Notes: generated from the sequence alone by a model not told the origin. Counted from the first letter of the stretch, positions 10,704 to 25,834 are shown. The stretch is DNA of 64,000 nucleotides from Escherichia coli (GCF_003334335.1 NZ_QOWQ01000010.1), one strand, 5' to 3'. Numbers and translations: made by a program.

Positions 10704-11554
10704 GGTTTACGTTTTTCCAGCGTACGATGGCGTGACTGGACGTTTTTACCGCGCGAGCGGAAGTAGTCTGCCAGTTGCTCTGCAATATACACCGAACGGT
10801 GCTTCCCGCCGGTACAACCAATGGCGACCGTCAAGTAGCTACGGTTGTTGGTTTCCAGCATAGGTAACCATAGCTCAAGATAGCTTCGCGTCTGGTAGAT
10901 AAAATTGTGTACTTCTGTGTGGCGGTCGAGGAACGCGGCGACAGGTTTATCAAGACCTGTCATTGGACGCAGTTTCGGATCCCAGTGCGGGTTCGGCAAG
11001 AAGCGCACGTCAAAGACGTAATCTGCATCGATAGGGATACCGTGTTTGAAGCCGAAAGACTCAAAGACCATGGTCAGTTCGCGTTCACGTTTACCCAGCA
11101 GACGGGTACGCAGCATTTCAGCCAGCTCGTGAACGGACATTTCTGAGGTATCGACAATCAGATCCGCTCGCGAACGCAGAGGCTCCAGCAAATCGCTTTC
11201 TTTGTCGATAGCACTTTCCAGCGACAGGTTTTTGCTGGAAAGCGGATGCAGTCGGCGCGTGTCACTGTAACGACGAATTAAGGTATTACGGTCGGCATCC
11301 AGGAACAGGAGTTGCGGTGAGAAAGCGTCAGGCAGGTTACTCATCGCCTGTTCGAATATTTCTGGTGACTCCGGCATATTACGAACATCAATGCTGACGG
11401 CGGCAGAAATCTCGCGATCGGACAGGGTTCGAGCCAGATCGGGTAACAACACTACGGGAAGGTTATCCACGCAGTAAAAACCCATATCTTCCAGCGCACG
11501 CAGGGCGACAGATTTACCTGAACCTGAACGTCCGCTGACGATCATCAGTACCAT
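10700..11554 (-). CDS. rapZ: RNase adaptor protein RapZ (YhbJ)
   Basis: 284 aa; Walker A GRSGSGKS; ATGA overlap with npr. Confidence 0.95.
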
Positions 11555-11599
11555 GTACTGTTTCTCCTCACAACGTCTAAAAGAGACATTACCGAATAA

Positions 11600-12091
11600 C
11601 TACGCTTCATCCGGAGTACCTTCGGTATCCGTAATGATTTGATACAGCTCTTCATCGCTCTGGGCTGCGCGTAAACGGCGGCAGATGGTTTTGTCCGCCA
11701 GACGTTTCGCCACCAGCGACAGAGTATGCAGGTGCGTTTTAGTTTGGTCTGCCGGCACCAGCAGGGCAAAAAGTAAGTCCACCGGTTGGTTGTCGATGGC
11801 ATCGAAAGCTATAGGCGTTTCGAGCTGAACGAAAACGCCAACGGCGCGCAGAGTATCTTCTTCCAGTTTGCCATGCGGAATGGCAATACCATTGCCGATA
11901 CCGGTACTGCCCATTTTTTCCCGCGTCAGGATAGCTTCAAAAACCACCTGAGGCGGCAGGCTAAGTTGTTTCGCCGCCAGCTCGCTGATGATTTCCAGGG
12001 CGCGTTTTTTGCTCTGACAGTGGACGCGGCTTCGCGTACATTCCCTGTTAAGAACACTGCTAAGCTGTAGAGTTGTATCATTATTTGTCAT
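11600..12091 (-). CDS. ptsN: PTS IIA-Ntr (nitrogen regulatory protein)
   Basis: ORF-track 11600..12115; start trimmed to MTNNDTTLQLSSVL (163 aa). Confidence 0.9.
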   Translation of the reverse strand: MTNNDTTLQLSSVLNRECTRSRVHCQSKKRALEIISELAAKQLSLPPQVVFEAILTREKMGSTGIGNGIAIPHGKLEEDTLRAVGVFVQLETPIAFDAIDNQPVDLLFALLVPADQTKTHLHTLSLVAKRLADKTICRRLRAAQSDEELYQIITDTEGTPDEA

Positions 12092-12208
12092 AATTTCACC
12101 TAAGAACCTGCCCACTCAAACAGTGGAACAGGCTCGGAGCATTAACCGTACAAATGGCCCGTTGTGCCGCACAACAGACCGCCATGCACATGCTAATTGC
12201 CCGGACAA

Positions 12209-12496
12209 TTAGTGTTGTTTCAGTTTATCTTTATGTTTGGTCAACTGGCGTGCCAGCTTATCAATTAAGCCATCAATGGCAGCGTACATGTCCTGACCTT
12301 CCGCGCTGGCATGAATTTCACCACCGTTTACATGCAGTGTTGCATCTGAGGTGTGGGTGACTTTCTCCACTTTCAGAACAACATAGACCTGGTTGATTCG
12401 GTCAAAATATTGCTCAAGTTTGGCAAATTTGGCTGTAACAAATTCGCGCAGTGCCTCGGTGATCTCGACGTTATTTCCGGTAATGTTGAGCTGCAT
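12209..12496 (-). CDS. hpf: Ribosome hibernation promoting factor
   Basis: ORF-track 12209..12580; start trimmed to MQLNITGNNVEIT (95 aa). Confidence 0.9.
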   Translation of the reverse strand: MQLNITGNNVEITEALREFVTAKFAKLEQYFDRINQVYVVLKVEKVTHTSDATLHVNGGEIHASAEGQDMYAAIDGLIDKLARQLTKHKDKLKQH

Positions 12497-12518
12497 AGTG
12501 TCTTCCTTATCGGTTGGG

Positions 12519-13952
12519 TCAAACGAGTTGTTTACGCTGGTTTGACGGCGGAATGGATAAAGACTCTCGGTACTTCGCAACAGTGCGGCGTGCCACCATG
12601 ATACCTTGTTCCGACAGCAAAGAGGTTAACTTGCTGTCGCTCAACGGTTTCGCTGGGTTTTCCGCCGCGATTAATTTCTTCACCAGCGCACGAATCGCCG
12701 TGGAGGAAGCTTCGCCGCCGCCCTCGGTATTGACGTGACTGGAAAAGAAATACTTCAGTTCAAAAATGCCTCGTGGACTATGCAGGTATTTTTGCGTGGT
12801 CACGCGAGATATCGTCGATTCATGCATTTCGACAGCCTGGGCGATATCGGCCAGTACCATCGGTTTCATATATTCTTCACCTTGCTCAAAGAAGGCTTGC
12901 TGCTGTTCAACGATACAGCGACTCACGCGCAGTAGCGTATCGTTACGGCTTTCCAGACTCTTGATCAACCATTTGGCATCCTGCAGATTGCTGCGGATAA
13001 ACTGGCTGTCACCATCGTTGCGCGCGTTATTGCACATCGAGGCGTAGTGCTGGTTGATTTGCAGACGCGGAATGCTGTCACTGTTGAGTTCTACCGTCCA
13101 GTGACCGTTATGCTTACGCACCAGCACATCTGGAATGACATACTCAGGTTCGCCAGTCTGGATCGACTGCCCGGGGCGCGGATCGAGCGACTGGATCAGA
13201 TTGACGGCTTCTTTCAGCACATCTTCTTTCAGACGCGTGACGCGCATTAAAGTGCGGAAGTCGTGATTGGCTAACAGATCGAGATGATCGCTAATGATCA
13301 GTCTGGCCTCTTCCAGCCACGGCGTGGTCTTATCGAATTGGGAGAGTTGGATCAGCAGACAGTCACGCAGATCTTTTGCCGCCACACCGACCGGATCAAA
13401 CCGTTGGATCCGCTTAAGGACGGCTTCAACTTCGTCGATGTCGATCTCTTCATCGCCTATACTTTCGAGAATATCTTCCAGCGGGACAGTCAGATAACCG
13501 GTTTCATCAACGGCATCGACGATAGAGGTAGCAATAGCGCGGTCAGTGTCGGAAAACGGTGTCAGCTCAACCTGCCACATCAGGTAATCCTGCAAGGTCT
13601 GCGTCGTTTCGCCCTGGTAGACCGGCAGCTCGTCGTCAATGTAGTCACCGCTGGTGCCGGATGGTGTACCAGCGGTGTAAATGGTGTCCCAACTGGCATC
13701 GAGCGGCAGCTCTTCCGGCATCTCTTTTTGTTCGAGCGCGTCGGCGGTGTCCAGCGTTTCACTGTCTTGCGTTTCGCGGGTGTCGATTTCTTCATGAGTG
13801 TCGATTTGCTCAAGCAGCGGATTACTCTCCAGCGCCTGCTGTAGCTCCTGCTGAAGTTCCAGCGTCGACAACTGCAACAGACGAATTGCCTGTTGGAGCT
13901 GTGGCGTCATCGCCAGTTGTTGGCTAAGCCTGAGTTGCAAACCTTGCTTCAT
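12519..13952 (-). CDS. rpoN: RNA polymerase sigma-54 factor
   Basis: 477 aa; Gln/Leu-rich N-terminus [13 protein letters not shown] and RpoN-box [10 protein letters not shown] near the C-terminus. Confidence 0.97.
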   Translation of the reverse strand: MKQGLQLRLSQQLAMTPQLQQAIRLLQLSTLELQQELQQALESNPLLEQIDTHEEIDTRETQDSETLDTADALEQKEMPEELPLDASWDTIYTAGTPSGTSGDYIDDELPVYQGETTQTLQDYLMWQVELTPFSDTDRAIATSIVDAVDETGYLTVPLEDILESIGDEEIDIDEVEAVLKRIQRFDPVGVAAKDLRDCLLIQLSQFDKTTPWLEEARLIISDHLDLLANHDFRTLMRVTRLKEDVLKEAVNLIQSLDPRPGQSIQTGEPEYVIPDVLVRKHNGHWTVELNSDSIPRLQINQHYASMCNNARNDGDSQFIRSNLQDAKWLIKSLESRNDTLLRVSRCIVEQQQAFFEQGEEYMKPMVLADIAQAVEMHESTISRVTTQKYLHSPRGIFELKYFFSSHVNTEGGGEASSTAIRALVKKLIAAENPAKPLSDSKLTSLLSEQGIMVARRTVAKYRESLSIPPSNQRKQLV

Positions 13953-13999
13953 GTTCAGAATCGTACTCTCCTGCTAAAACGTCGCAAACTTCTACCCTA

Positions 14000-14725
14000 T
14001 CAGAGTCTGAAGTCTTCCCCAAGGTATACACGCTTAACGTGTTCGTCTTGTAAGATTTCTGTAGGCGTGCCGTGGGCGATCAAATGCCCCTGACTGACGA
14101 TATAAGCGCGTTCACAAACCGCCAGTGTTTCACGCACGTTGTGGTCAGTGATCAGCACGCCCAGGCCGCTGTCGCGCAGGTGCTCAATGATGCGTTTAAT
14201 GTCGATAACCGAGATCGGGTCAACCCCGGCAAACGGTTCGTCGAGCAGAATAAATTTCGGATTCGCAGCCAGTGCGCGGGCAATTTCTACACGGCGACGT
14301 TCACCCCCGGAGAGTGACTGCCCCATGCTGTCACGCAGGTGCTCAATGTGAAACTCTTCCATCAGCTCGTTCGCGCGGTCTTCACGTTGTTCAGCAGACA
14401 AGTCGTCACGAATTTGCAGTACCGCCATCAGGTTATCGTAAACGCTGAGGCGACGGAAAATGGAGGCTTCCTGTGGCAGATAGCCGATACCGCGGCGCGC
14501 GCGTGCATGCAGAGGCAGCAGACTGATATCGTCATCATCAATAATGATGTTGCCCGCATCGCGCGGCACAATGCCTACAACCATGTAGAAAGTGGTGGTC
14601 TTACCGGCACCGTTTGGCCCCAGCAGACCGACAATTTCCCCGGAGTTGACGGTCAGGCTGACGTCTTCTACCACGCGACGGCCTTTATAGGCTTTTGCAA
14701 GGTTCTTTGCAGTTAATGTTGCCAT
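14000..14725 (-). CDS. lptB: LPS export ABC transporter ATPase LptB
   Basis: 241 aa; Walker [13 protein letters not shown] signature LSGGERRR. Confidence 0.97.
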
Positions 14726-14731
14726 AACGAA

Positions 14732-15289
14732 TTAATTACCCTTCTTCTGTGCCGGGGTCTGGCCTTTGTTGTTTTTGTCCTGCAGCTGCGACGGCACCAG
14801 AACGGTTGTTACGCGCTTGCCTTTGTCGCTGAAAGCCTGCATTTTCTGCTCTTTCACCAGGTAAGTGATCTTATCGCCCTTAATGTTGCTATCGACCTGC
14901 TGCAGATAAGCATTACCCGTCAGAACGACAAAATCTTTTGCCAGTTCGTAGTGCATCTGGGAAGCGTGACCTTCAACGGGTTTACCGTTGTCCTGCATCT
15001 GGTAGAACGTTGCCGGTTTACCGTAGCCGTCAATCACTTCTTTACCTTGTTCGCCGCCCGGACGGGTAACGACCACTTTGTCGGCATTAATTTTGATGGT
15101 GCCCTGGGTGACGATGACATTACCGGTAAAGGTAACCACGTTGCCTTGCATATCAAGAGATTGCTGGTCCGATTCAATGTGGATCGGCTGATCAGTGTCT
15201 CCGGTTACGGCAAATGCCGGAATGCTGGCGGCCAGAAGTGAGCTGGCAAGCACAAGATTAAGGCTGAGTTTGTTTGTTTTGAATTTCAT
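14732..15289 (-). CDS. lptA: LPS transport periplasmic protein LptA
   Basis: ORF-track 14732..15310; start trimmed to MKFKTNKLSLNL (185 aa, signal peptide). Confidence 0.9.
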   Translation of the reverse strand: MKFKTNKLSLNLVLASSLLAASIPAFAVTGDTDQPIHIESDQQSLDMQGNVVTFTGNVIVTQGTIKINADKVVVTRPGGEQGKEVIDGYGKPATFYQMQDNGKPVEGHASQMHYELAKDFVVLTGNAYLQQVDSNIKGDKITYLVKEQKMQAFSDKGKRVTTVLVPSQLQDKNNKGQTPAQKKGN

Positions 15290-15833
15290 AGGATGTTCTA
15301 ACCTTTTCAATCAGCTCGGCGTTCTTGCTGCGTAAGTTGCCGCGCATTTTCAGACCGCTGGAGTTAAATGTTGTTCCGTATAACGTGACGAGGTCTTCAG
15401 AGGTAACATCCTGCGTCACCAGATTGATCTGCGCGTTATCCGTCGTGATTCTGCGAAGTTGAGAGTCTGGCACAAGTGCGTTGACTTCAACGTGTCCATA
15501 TAAATAGAGCATCCGGTCATTGGTCAGCTTGGCTTTATCTGCTTTTACGGACCATGTCGGGATTTTATCCTTATCAAACGTGGTAAGTACCGGCTGCGTA
15601 AACCACGAAACGGCCTGATCGGAATAATATTCAACGTGTTGAGCAATCAATCGATAGCTTAGTGCCCCTTCTGGGTTATAGACGAGCGTGTCCGTATGCT
15701 CGCTTTTATAGGTGGGATCATTGTTGTTGACGACCACCTGGGCGGTATCGTCTTTTTCGGCCATATTAATGCCGATCATCACCAGAACCGCCAGTGATAG
15801 CACAATGATAACCCAACGTCTGGCTTTACTCAT
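15258..15833 (-). CDS. lptC: LPS export inner-membrane protein LptC
   Basis: 191 aa; its 3-prime end overlaps the lptA start by 32 nt. Confidence 0.95.
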   Translation of the reverse strand: MSKARRWVIIVLSLAVLVMIGINMAEKDDTAQVVVNNNDPTYKSEHTDTLVYNPEGALSYRLIAQHVEYYSDQAVSWFTQPVLTTFDKDKIPTWSVKADKAKLTNDRMLYLYGHVEVNALVPDSQLRRITTDNAQINLVTQDVTSEDLVTLYGTTFNSSGLKMRGNLRSKNAELIEKVRTSYEIQNKQTQP

Positions 15834-16396
15834 ATCGATTGCCCTTTGGCTTCATCCAGTTTGCCCTGCGCCAGGAGTAATAAGTCGCAAACTTCGCGCA
15901 CTGCGCCACGACCGCCAGCAATGCGCGTCACGTAATCGGCGCGCGGGATCAACAGTGGATGCGCATCGGCCACGGCGACGCTTAAACCCACTTTTTCCAT
16001 TACCGGCCAGTCGATGAGATCATCGCCGACATAAGCCACATTTTCCGGGGCAATCGCCAGTTTTTCCAGCAGATCGCTAAAGGCGATCAGTTTGTTTGAC
16101 TGCCCCTGATACAAGTGAGTGATCCCCAATGTGGCACAACGATCTTCTACCAGTTTAGCCTTTCGCCCGGTAATGATAGCGACTTCAATATCAGAGGTGA
16201 GCGCACAACGAATGCCATAACCGTCACGAACATTGAACGCTTTCAGCTCTTCGCCATTATTGCCCATATAAATCAGGCCATCTGACAGTACGCCATCGAC
16301 ATCGAGGATCAGCAGACGAATGTTCTCTGCTTTTGCTATAACGTCGGCGCTGACAGGGCCGTAACAGGTCGCAAGCGACGCACCTGCTTTGCTCAT
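15830..16396 (-). CDS. kdsC: 3-deoxy-D-manno-octulosonate 8-phosphate phosphatase
   Basis: 188 aa; HAD motif LILDVDGVL. Confidence 0.95.
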   Translation of the reverse strand: MSKAGASLATCYGPVSADVIAKAENIRLLILDVDGVLSDGLIYMGNNGEELKAFNVRDGYGIRCALTSDIEVAIITGRKAKLVEDRCATLGITHLYQGQSNKLIAFSDLLEKLAIAPENVAYVGDDLIDWPVMEKVGLSVAVADAHPLLIPRADYVTRIAGGRGAVREVCDLLLLAQGKLDEAKGQSI

Positions 16397-16416
16397 TGTT
16401 GTTTATCCTTGAATCT

Positions 16417-17403
16417 TTACACTACGCCTGCACGCAGTAAATCATGCATATGTAACACACCGAGTAAATGGTCGCCATCGGCAACCATCACGGAGGTGAT
16501 ATGGCGGGACTGCATTAAGTTCAGTGCCTCAACGGCCAGAATGCCAGGGCGCACACGTATTCCCCCCGGCGTCATCACATCGGCAATACTTAACTGACGA
16601 ACATCCACGCCCATATCGAAGACACGGCGTAAATCACCGTCGGTAAAGATGCCTTCAATCATCATATTGTCATCGCAAATGACAGTCATACCAAGATTTT
16701 TGCGGGTAACTTCCAGCAACGCGTCACGCAGACTGGCCGTTTTCTTAACATGCGGGATCTCATCGCCCGTATGCATAATATCGTTTACGCGCAGCAGAAG
16801 TTTACGACCCAGTGCGCCGCCTGGGTGTGAGAGCGCAAAATCTTCAGCAGTAAAGCCGCGTGCTTTTAACAGCGCGACAGCGAGGGCATCGCCCATAACC
16901 AGCGTGGCGGTGGTGCTGCTGGTCGGTGCCAGCCCTAACGGACAGGCTTCTTTCGCTACTTTAACACACAGATGCACATCTGCGGCGCGCGCCATGCTGC
17001 TCTCCGGGCGACCGGTGATGCAGATTAACGGTACGTGAAGACGCTTAAGCACTGGAATTAAGGCCGTGATTTCGCTGGATTCACCAGAGTTAGAGATAGC
17101 AATCACCACATCCTGTGGGGTAACCATGCCTAAATCACCATGCGCGGCTTCACCAGGATGGACGAAAAATGAAGGTGTACCGGTGCTGGCAAACGTTGCC
17201 GCCATTTTTCGCCCAATATGCCCCGATTTTCCCATCCCCATGACGACAACTTTCCCTTTACACCAGAACATCTTTTCACAGGCAAGCGTGAAATTCTGAT
17301 TGATGTATTGATCAAGCTCCGCCAGGCATTCACGTTCAATCGCCAGGACTTCTTTACCTGCTTGCTGAAAGTCAAAACCCGGTTGTAACTCTACGTGCGA
17401 CAT
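16417..17403 (-). CDS. kdsD: D-arabinose 5-phosphate isomerase (SIS + CBS domains)
   Basis: ORF-track 16417..17424; start trimmed to MSHVELQPGFDFQ (328 aa). Confidence 0.9.
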   Translation of the reverse strand: MSHVELQPGFDFQQAGKEVLAIERECLAELDQYINQNFTLACEKMFWCKGKVVVMGMGKSGHIGRKMAATFASTGTPSFFVHPGEAAHGDLGMVTPQDVVIAISNSGESSEITALIPVLKRLHVPLICITGRPESSMARAADVHLCVKVAKEACPLGLAPTSSTTATLVMGDALAVALLKARGFTAEDFALSHPGGALGRKLLLRVNDIMHTGDEIPHVKKTASLRDALLEVTRKNLGMTVICDDNMMIEGIFTDGDLRRVFDMGVDVRQLSIADVMTPGGIRVRPGILAVEALNLMQSRHITSVMVADGDHLLGVLHMHDLLRAGVV

Positions 17404-17416
17404 AATGCGTTTCCAG

Positions 17417-18394
17417 TTATTCAACGAGTATTGGCGATAACCAGTACAACATCGCCAGCCATACGATAAATCCGCCAGTTAATAATACCCCTACACCACG
17501 GCCCGGTTGCGGGGAGCGCCGCCAGCACAGCAACGCAAAAATAATGCTCACCAGCAACATCACGCTGTAGTCACGACTGTACGCCAGTGGATCAATCTCT
17601 CCTGGCGTTATCAGCGCGGGTAAACCCAACACGATGACAATATTAAAAATGTTTGCGCCAATGATATTTCCGACAGCAATGTCGTTTTCACCTTTGCGAA
17701 CCCCCGCTATTGCGGTTGCCAGTTCCGGCAGGCTGGTTCCGATAGCAATTGCCGTCAGACCCATCGTCAACTCGCTGATGGCAAAGTAATTCGCCAGCAC
17801 CGTGGCGTTATCAACCACCATCCGCGTGGCCACTGGCATGATGATAAGCGCAATGCCGAGCCATAAAAACGCGACGGGCAATCCGCCGTCACGCGGCAGC
17901 TCTGCAAGCTGCTCTCTGGTCAGGCTGTCAGTCCCCTGACGTTCAGCCTGACGTGCAAGTTTAACAATGAACAGCAGCCATAGCACAGCCAGAAAGAGGA
18001 GAAAGATACCATCGCTGCGACTAAGTTGTCCGTCATAGAGTACGGAACCGGCCACCACGCTGACCAACAACATTAAGGGTAATTCACGGCGTAGAACATC
18101 AGAATGGACGGTAAAAGGACGAACCAGCGCAGCCAGACCGAGGATCAGCAATATATTGATAATGTTTGAGCCGAGGGCTGTACCAACGGCTAAATCGCGT
18201 TGTTCGTGCAGAGACGCGGCAAGCGAGACGATGACTTCTGGTAACGATGTACCAATACTGACCACCGTCATGCCGATGATCAGCGGCGGGATGCCAAAGG
18301 TTCGGCAAAGAATAGACGCGGCAAAAACCAGGCGGTCGGCACTGTAAACGACCAAAAGTAAACCAACAATTAACAGTGCCGTAGCTAAAAGCAT
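17417..18394 (-). CDS. yrbG: Putative Na+/Ca2+ exchanger family inner-membrane protein
   Basis: 325 aa, polytopic membrane protein with duplicated GTSLPE motifs. Confidence 0.93.
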   Translation of the reverse strand: MLLATALLIVGLLLVVYSADRLVFAASILCRTFGIPPLIIGMTVVSIGTSLPEVIVSLAASLHEQRDLAVGTALGSNIINILLILGLAALVRPFTVHSDVLRRELPLMLLVSVVAGSVLYDGQLSRSDGIFLLFLAVLWLLFIVKLARQAERQGTDSLTREQLAELPRDGGLPVAFLWLGIALIIMPVATRMVVDNATVLANYFAISELTMGLTAIAIGTSLPELATAIAGVRKGENDIAVGNIIGANIFNIVIVLGLPALITPGEIDPLAYSRDYSVMLLVSIIFALLCWRRSPQPGRGVGVLLTGGFIVWLAMLYWLSPILVE

Positions 18395-18603
18395 CTAACG
18401 TCCTTTCTTCAGGTATACTCGCCGGTCCGCTGAAGATTTTCAGAAAGCCGTAACGGATGCTTAATTTTGACTTTATGCGGCTAAAAAGTAAAACAAATGC
18501 CAGCTTTCGCTAACCACGGCGGGTAATATTCTGTAAATATGTTGGGTTCAAGGTTAAATTGAGCGCCATGCTTAGAAAATCAACGCAAGACGAAGGGTGA
18601 ATT

Positions 18604-20203
<1,600 letters not shown>

Positions 20204-20207
20204 GTTC

Positions 20208-20759
20208 ATGCAAACGAAAAAAAATGAAATTTGGGTGGGTATCTTTTTATTAGCAGCACTGCTGGCGGCGCTGTTTGTTTGCCTGAAGGCGGCGAACGTG
20301 ACGTCCATACGTACTGAACCGACCTACACGCTTTATGCGACGTTCGATAACATTGGCGGCCTGAAAGCGCGCTCTCCGGTCAGTATTGGTGGCGTTGTTG
20401 TGGGTCGGGTGGCGGATATTACGCTGGACCCGAAAACCTATCTGCCGCGCGTAACGCTGGAAATTGAACAACGTTATAACCACATTCCAGATACCAGTTC
20501 GCTGAGCATTCGTACTTCCGGCCTGCTGGGGGAACAATATCTGGCATTAAACGTCGGTTTTGAAGACCCGGAACTGGGGACTGCTATCCTGAAGGATGGC
20601 GATACAATTCAGGACACTAAGTCTGCGATGGTGCTGGAAGATCTCATTGGTCAGTTCCTTTACGGTAGTAAAGGCGATGACAATAAGAATAGTGGCGATG
20701 CGCCAGCTGCTGCGCCAGGTAATAATGAAACCACTGAACCTGTGGGTACAACGAAATAA
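20208..20759 (+). CDS. mlaD: Mla MCE-domain substrate-binding protein
   Basis: ORF-track 20193..20759; start trimmed to MQTKKNEIWVG (183 aa). Confidence 0.9.
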   Translation: MQTKKNEIWVGIFLLAALLAALFVCLKAANVTSIRTEPTYTLYATFDNIGGLKARSPVSIGGVVVGRVADITLDPKTYLPRVTLEIEQRYNHIPDTSSLSIRTSGLLGEQYLALNVGFEDPELGTAILKDGDTIQDTKSAMVLEDLIGQFLYGSKGDDNKNSGDAPAAAPGNNETTEPVGTTK

Positions 20760-21412
<653 letters not shown>

Positions 21413-21413
<1 letters not shown>

Positions 21414-21706
21414 TGAGCGAGTCACTGAGCTGGATGCAGACGGGTGACACGCTGGCGTTATCCGGAGAGCTGGATCAGGACGTTTTGCTACCGCTTTGGG
21501 AAATGCGTGAGGAAGCGGTGAAGGGGATTACCTGCATCGATCTTAGCCGTGTCTCCCGCGTGGATACGGGGGGACTGGCACTGCTGCTCCATCTTATCGA
21601 TCTGGCGAAAAAGCAGGGCAACAATGTGACGCTTCAGGGGGTAAACGACAAAGTGTATACCCTGGCGAAATTGTATAATTTGCCTGCTGATGTTCTGCCT
21701 CGTTAA
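21413..21706 (+). CDS. mlaB: Mla STAS-domain protein
   Basis: ORF-track 21317..21706; start trimmed to MSESLSWMQTGD (97 aa), overlapping the mlaC stop. Confidence 0.88.
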
Positions 21707-21714
21707 ATTTTTTC

Positions 21715-21746
21715 AGGCCGGATATGGCGTTAACCGCCTGTCCGGC
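21715..21746. repeat. REP-like palindromic element
   Basis: AGGCCGGATATGGCGTTAACCGCCTGTCCGGC, a degenerate GCCGGATG...CCGGC REP-type palindrome. Confidence 0.45.
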
Positions 21747-21865
21747 AAACCTGCCTGCAAGTCGAGCCTTGTCTGATTTATCAGCGAGGCTTTTTGCTTA
21801 TTTATGCCAGCGCAACTTTGCTCTAAGATGTTTCGCTGGTTTATTAACTGATGATTGAAGATCCC

Positions 21866-22120
21866 ATGGAAAATAATGAAATTCAGAGCGTGTTGATGAA
21901 CGCTCTCTCCCTCCAGGAAGTCCACGTTTCCGGCGATGGCAGCCACTTTCAGGTTATTGCCGTGGGTGAGTTGTTTGACGGCATGAGTCGGGTTAAAAAA
22001 CAGCAGACGGTCTATGGTCCGCTGATGGAATATATTGCGGATAACCGCATTCATGCTGTGTCGATCAAAGCGTATACCCCTGCGGAGTGGGCGCGCGATC
22101 GCAAACTGAACGGCTTTTGA
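21866..22120 (+). CDS. ibaG: BolA-family acid-stress protein IbaG (YrbA)
   Basis: ORF-track 21851..22120; start trimmed to [12 protein letters not shown] (84 aa). Confidence 0.88.
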
Positions 22121-22174
22121 GCTATGGGCGATTCGCCGGTAGCGGATATGAATTGTTAACTGAGAACAAACTAA

Positions 22175-23434
<1,260 letters not shown>

Positions 23435-23445
23435 TCGTCTGAGAG

Positions 23446-23477
23446 CTGGCAGCCCCGTTCGCGGGGCTACCGCCAGA
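23446..23477. terminator. Hairpin between convergent murA and sfsB (putative bidirectional terminator)
   Basis: CTGGCAGCCCCG-TTCG-CGGGGCTACCGCCAG; 7-bp GC core stem with TTCG loop; T-run follows on the plus strand. Confidence 0.5.
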
Positions 23478-23481
23478 CCAC

Positions 23482-23760
23482 TCATTTTTTCGGTTTAGTG
23501 TAGCTACGCATCAACTGCGTTCTGTCGATAAACTCATGGGTCTGCGGATCATGGTAGCGTGATGGCCAGATAACCCAGGGGTCAGTTCCCAGGGCTTTCG
23601 CAATAATCATCTCTCCTTTCGGCCATGGGCGCGATAATGCATTCGCCAGCGTTGAGGAACTCAAACCATTTCTGCGAGATTCCGCCGCCATTGACGTTCC
23701 CTTCTTGCGCAAACCCGCAATGATGTCAGCGGGATGCCAGTCAATGAAATTACTTTCCAT
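23482..23760 (-). CDS. sfsB: Ner-like DNA-binding protein SfsB (Nlp)
   Basis: 92 aa, MESNFIDWHPADIIAGLRKKG. Confidence 0.93.
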   Translation of the reverse strand: MESNFIDWHPADIIAGLRKKGTSMAAESRRNGLSSSTLANALSRPWPKGEMIIAKALGTDPWVIWPSRYHDPQTHEFIDRTQLMRSYTKPKK

Positions 23761-23987
23761 TTTTCCTCACTCCTTAAGTTAGTCGCTTTCATTCAGAACA
23801 CTTCTTCTGTCGAGCATCACTATACTCCTGATGGCCTATTGCTCTAAAAAGTTCCTGTAAAGAGTGTGAATATTCAGAATATATAAAGATGCACATCCCT
23901 ATTTTTCAGGTGTTATAGAGCTGAATAAGTGTTTTTATGGAACTTACTGGAACCATCCCGCGCGCTGCGCGGGATGAGGGGAGGGGA

Positions 23988-24959
23988 TTAACGATCGCGT
24001 TGAACAGCGATGTGCGCGAGGCCGATGAGTGCTTCTCGCCAAGGGGTGTCCGGGAGCACCTGTAACGCTGCGATGGCTTTGTCTGCTTCTTCCTCGGCAC
24101 GCTGACGCGTCCATTCAAGAGATCCACAAGCGTTCATTGCTTCCAGAACCGGTTCCAGAAGATGGCGACCGTTACCCTGTTCGATGGCGGTACGGATCAT
24201 CTGTGCCTGTTCTGGTGTGCCATGATGCATCGCATGCAGCAGCGGCAGCGTCGGTTTACCTTCGTTCAGATCGTCGCCGACATTTTTACCTAACTGTTCG
24301 CCATCGGCATTGTAATCGAGTAAATCGTCGATCAACTGGAAAGCAGTGCCGAGATAGCGCCCATAATCCTGCAGGCCTTTCTCCTCCTCCGGCGTACAGC
24401 CAGCCAGAATCCCGGAACACTGCGCGGCAGCCTCAAACAGACGCGCGGTTTTGCTATAGATAACGCGCATGTAGTTTTCTTCAGTGATGTCCGGATCGTT
24501 AACGTTCATCAGTTGCAGAACTTCACCTTCTGCGATGACGTTTACGGCTTCTGACATGACTTCCAGCACTTTGAGCGAACCGAGGCTGGTCATCATCTGG
24601 AAAGCGCGGGTATAAATAAAATCGCCTACCAGCACGCTGGCGGCATTGCCAAATGCGGCGTTGGCGGTAGCTTTACCCCTGCGCATATCTGATTCATCCA
24701 CAACGTCGTCGTGTAGCAGAGTCGCCGTGTGGATAAACTCGATCAGGGCAGCAATGGTGACATGCGCATTTCCCTCATAGCCAACAGCTCGTGCAGCCAG
24801 TACAGCAATCATCGGACGAATACGTTTACCGCCGCCGCTGACGATGTAATAGCCTAACTGATTGATCAGTTGGACGTCGGAATTAAGCTGCTCAAGGATT
24901 GCCGCATTAACACCCGCCATATCTTGCGCGGTTAACTCATTGATTTTTTCTAAATTCAT
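23988..24959 (-). CDS. ispB: Octaprenyl diphosphate synthase
   Basis: 323 aa; two DDxxD motifs (LLHDDVVD, QLIDDLLD). Confidence 0.96.
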   Translation of the reverse strand: MNLEKINELTAQDMAGVNAAILEQLNSDVQLINQLGYYIVSGGGKRIRPMIAVLAARAVGYEGNAHVTIAALIEFIHTATLLHDDVVDESDMRRGKATANAAFGNAASVLVGDFIYTRAFQMMTSLGSLKVLEVMSEAVNVIAEGEVLQLMNVNDPDITEENYMRVIYSKTARLFEAAAQCSGILAGCTPEEEKGLQDYGRYLGTAFQLIDDLLDYNADGEQLGKNVGDDLNEGKPTLPLLHAMHHGTPEQAQMIRTAIEQGNGRHLLEPVLEAMNACGSLEWTRQRAEEEADKAIAALQVLPDTPWREALIGLAHIAVQRDR

Positions 24960-25116
24960 CGCAAAAGCCGGGCTTTTCGCCCCGATTACCTTACTGTGAA
25001 CAAAGGCAACTTAGGGTTTATGGTTAGGAATATAGGGTGATTGTACTGAAAAAATGGCACAGATAAACGTTACCGTACAAGTTGTGTTTTTTTTCTTCGT
25101 GTATTGACTGTAGCAC

Positions 25117-25145
25117 TTGTCAAAGGCGTGCGTTTTGCGTAATAT
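25117..25145 (+). promoter_or_regulatory. Candidate sigma70 promoter for rplU-rpmA
   Basis: TTGTCA, 17-bp spacer, TAATAT, about 70 bp upstream of the rplU ATG. Sequence-based only. Confidence 0.4.
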
Positions 25146-25181
25146 TCGCGCCCTATTGTGAATATTTATAGCGCACTCTGA

Positions 25182-25807
<626 letters not shown>

Positions 25808-25834
25808 GTTTTTCGCGTCCCGGTAACGGATGAA

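Noticed and set aside
21760-21800. Short palindrome CTGATTTATCAG followed by GAGGCTTTTT after mlaB, considered as a terminator.
   Set aside because: Only a 5-bp AT-containing stem; too weak to call.
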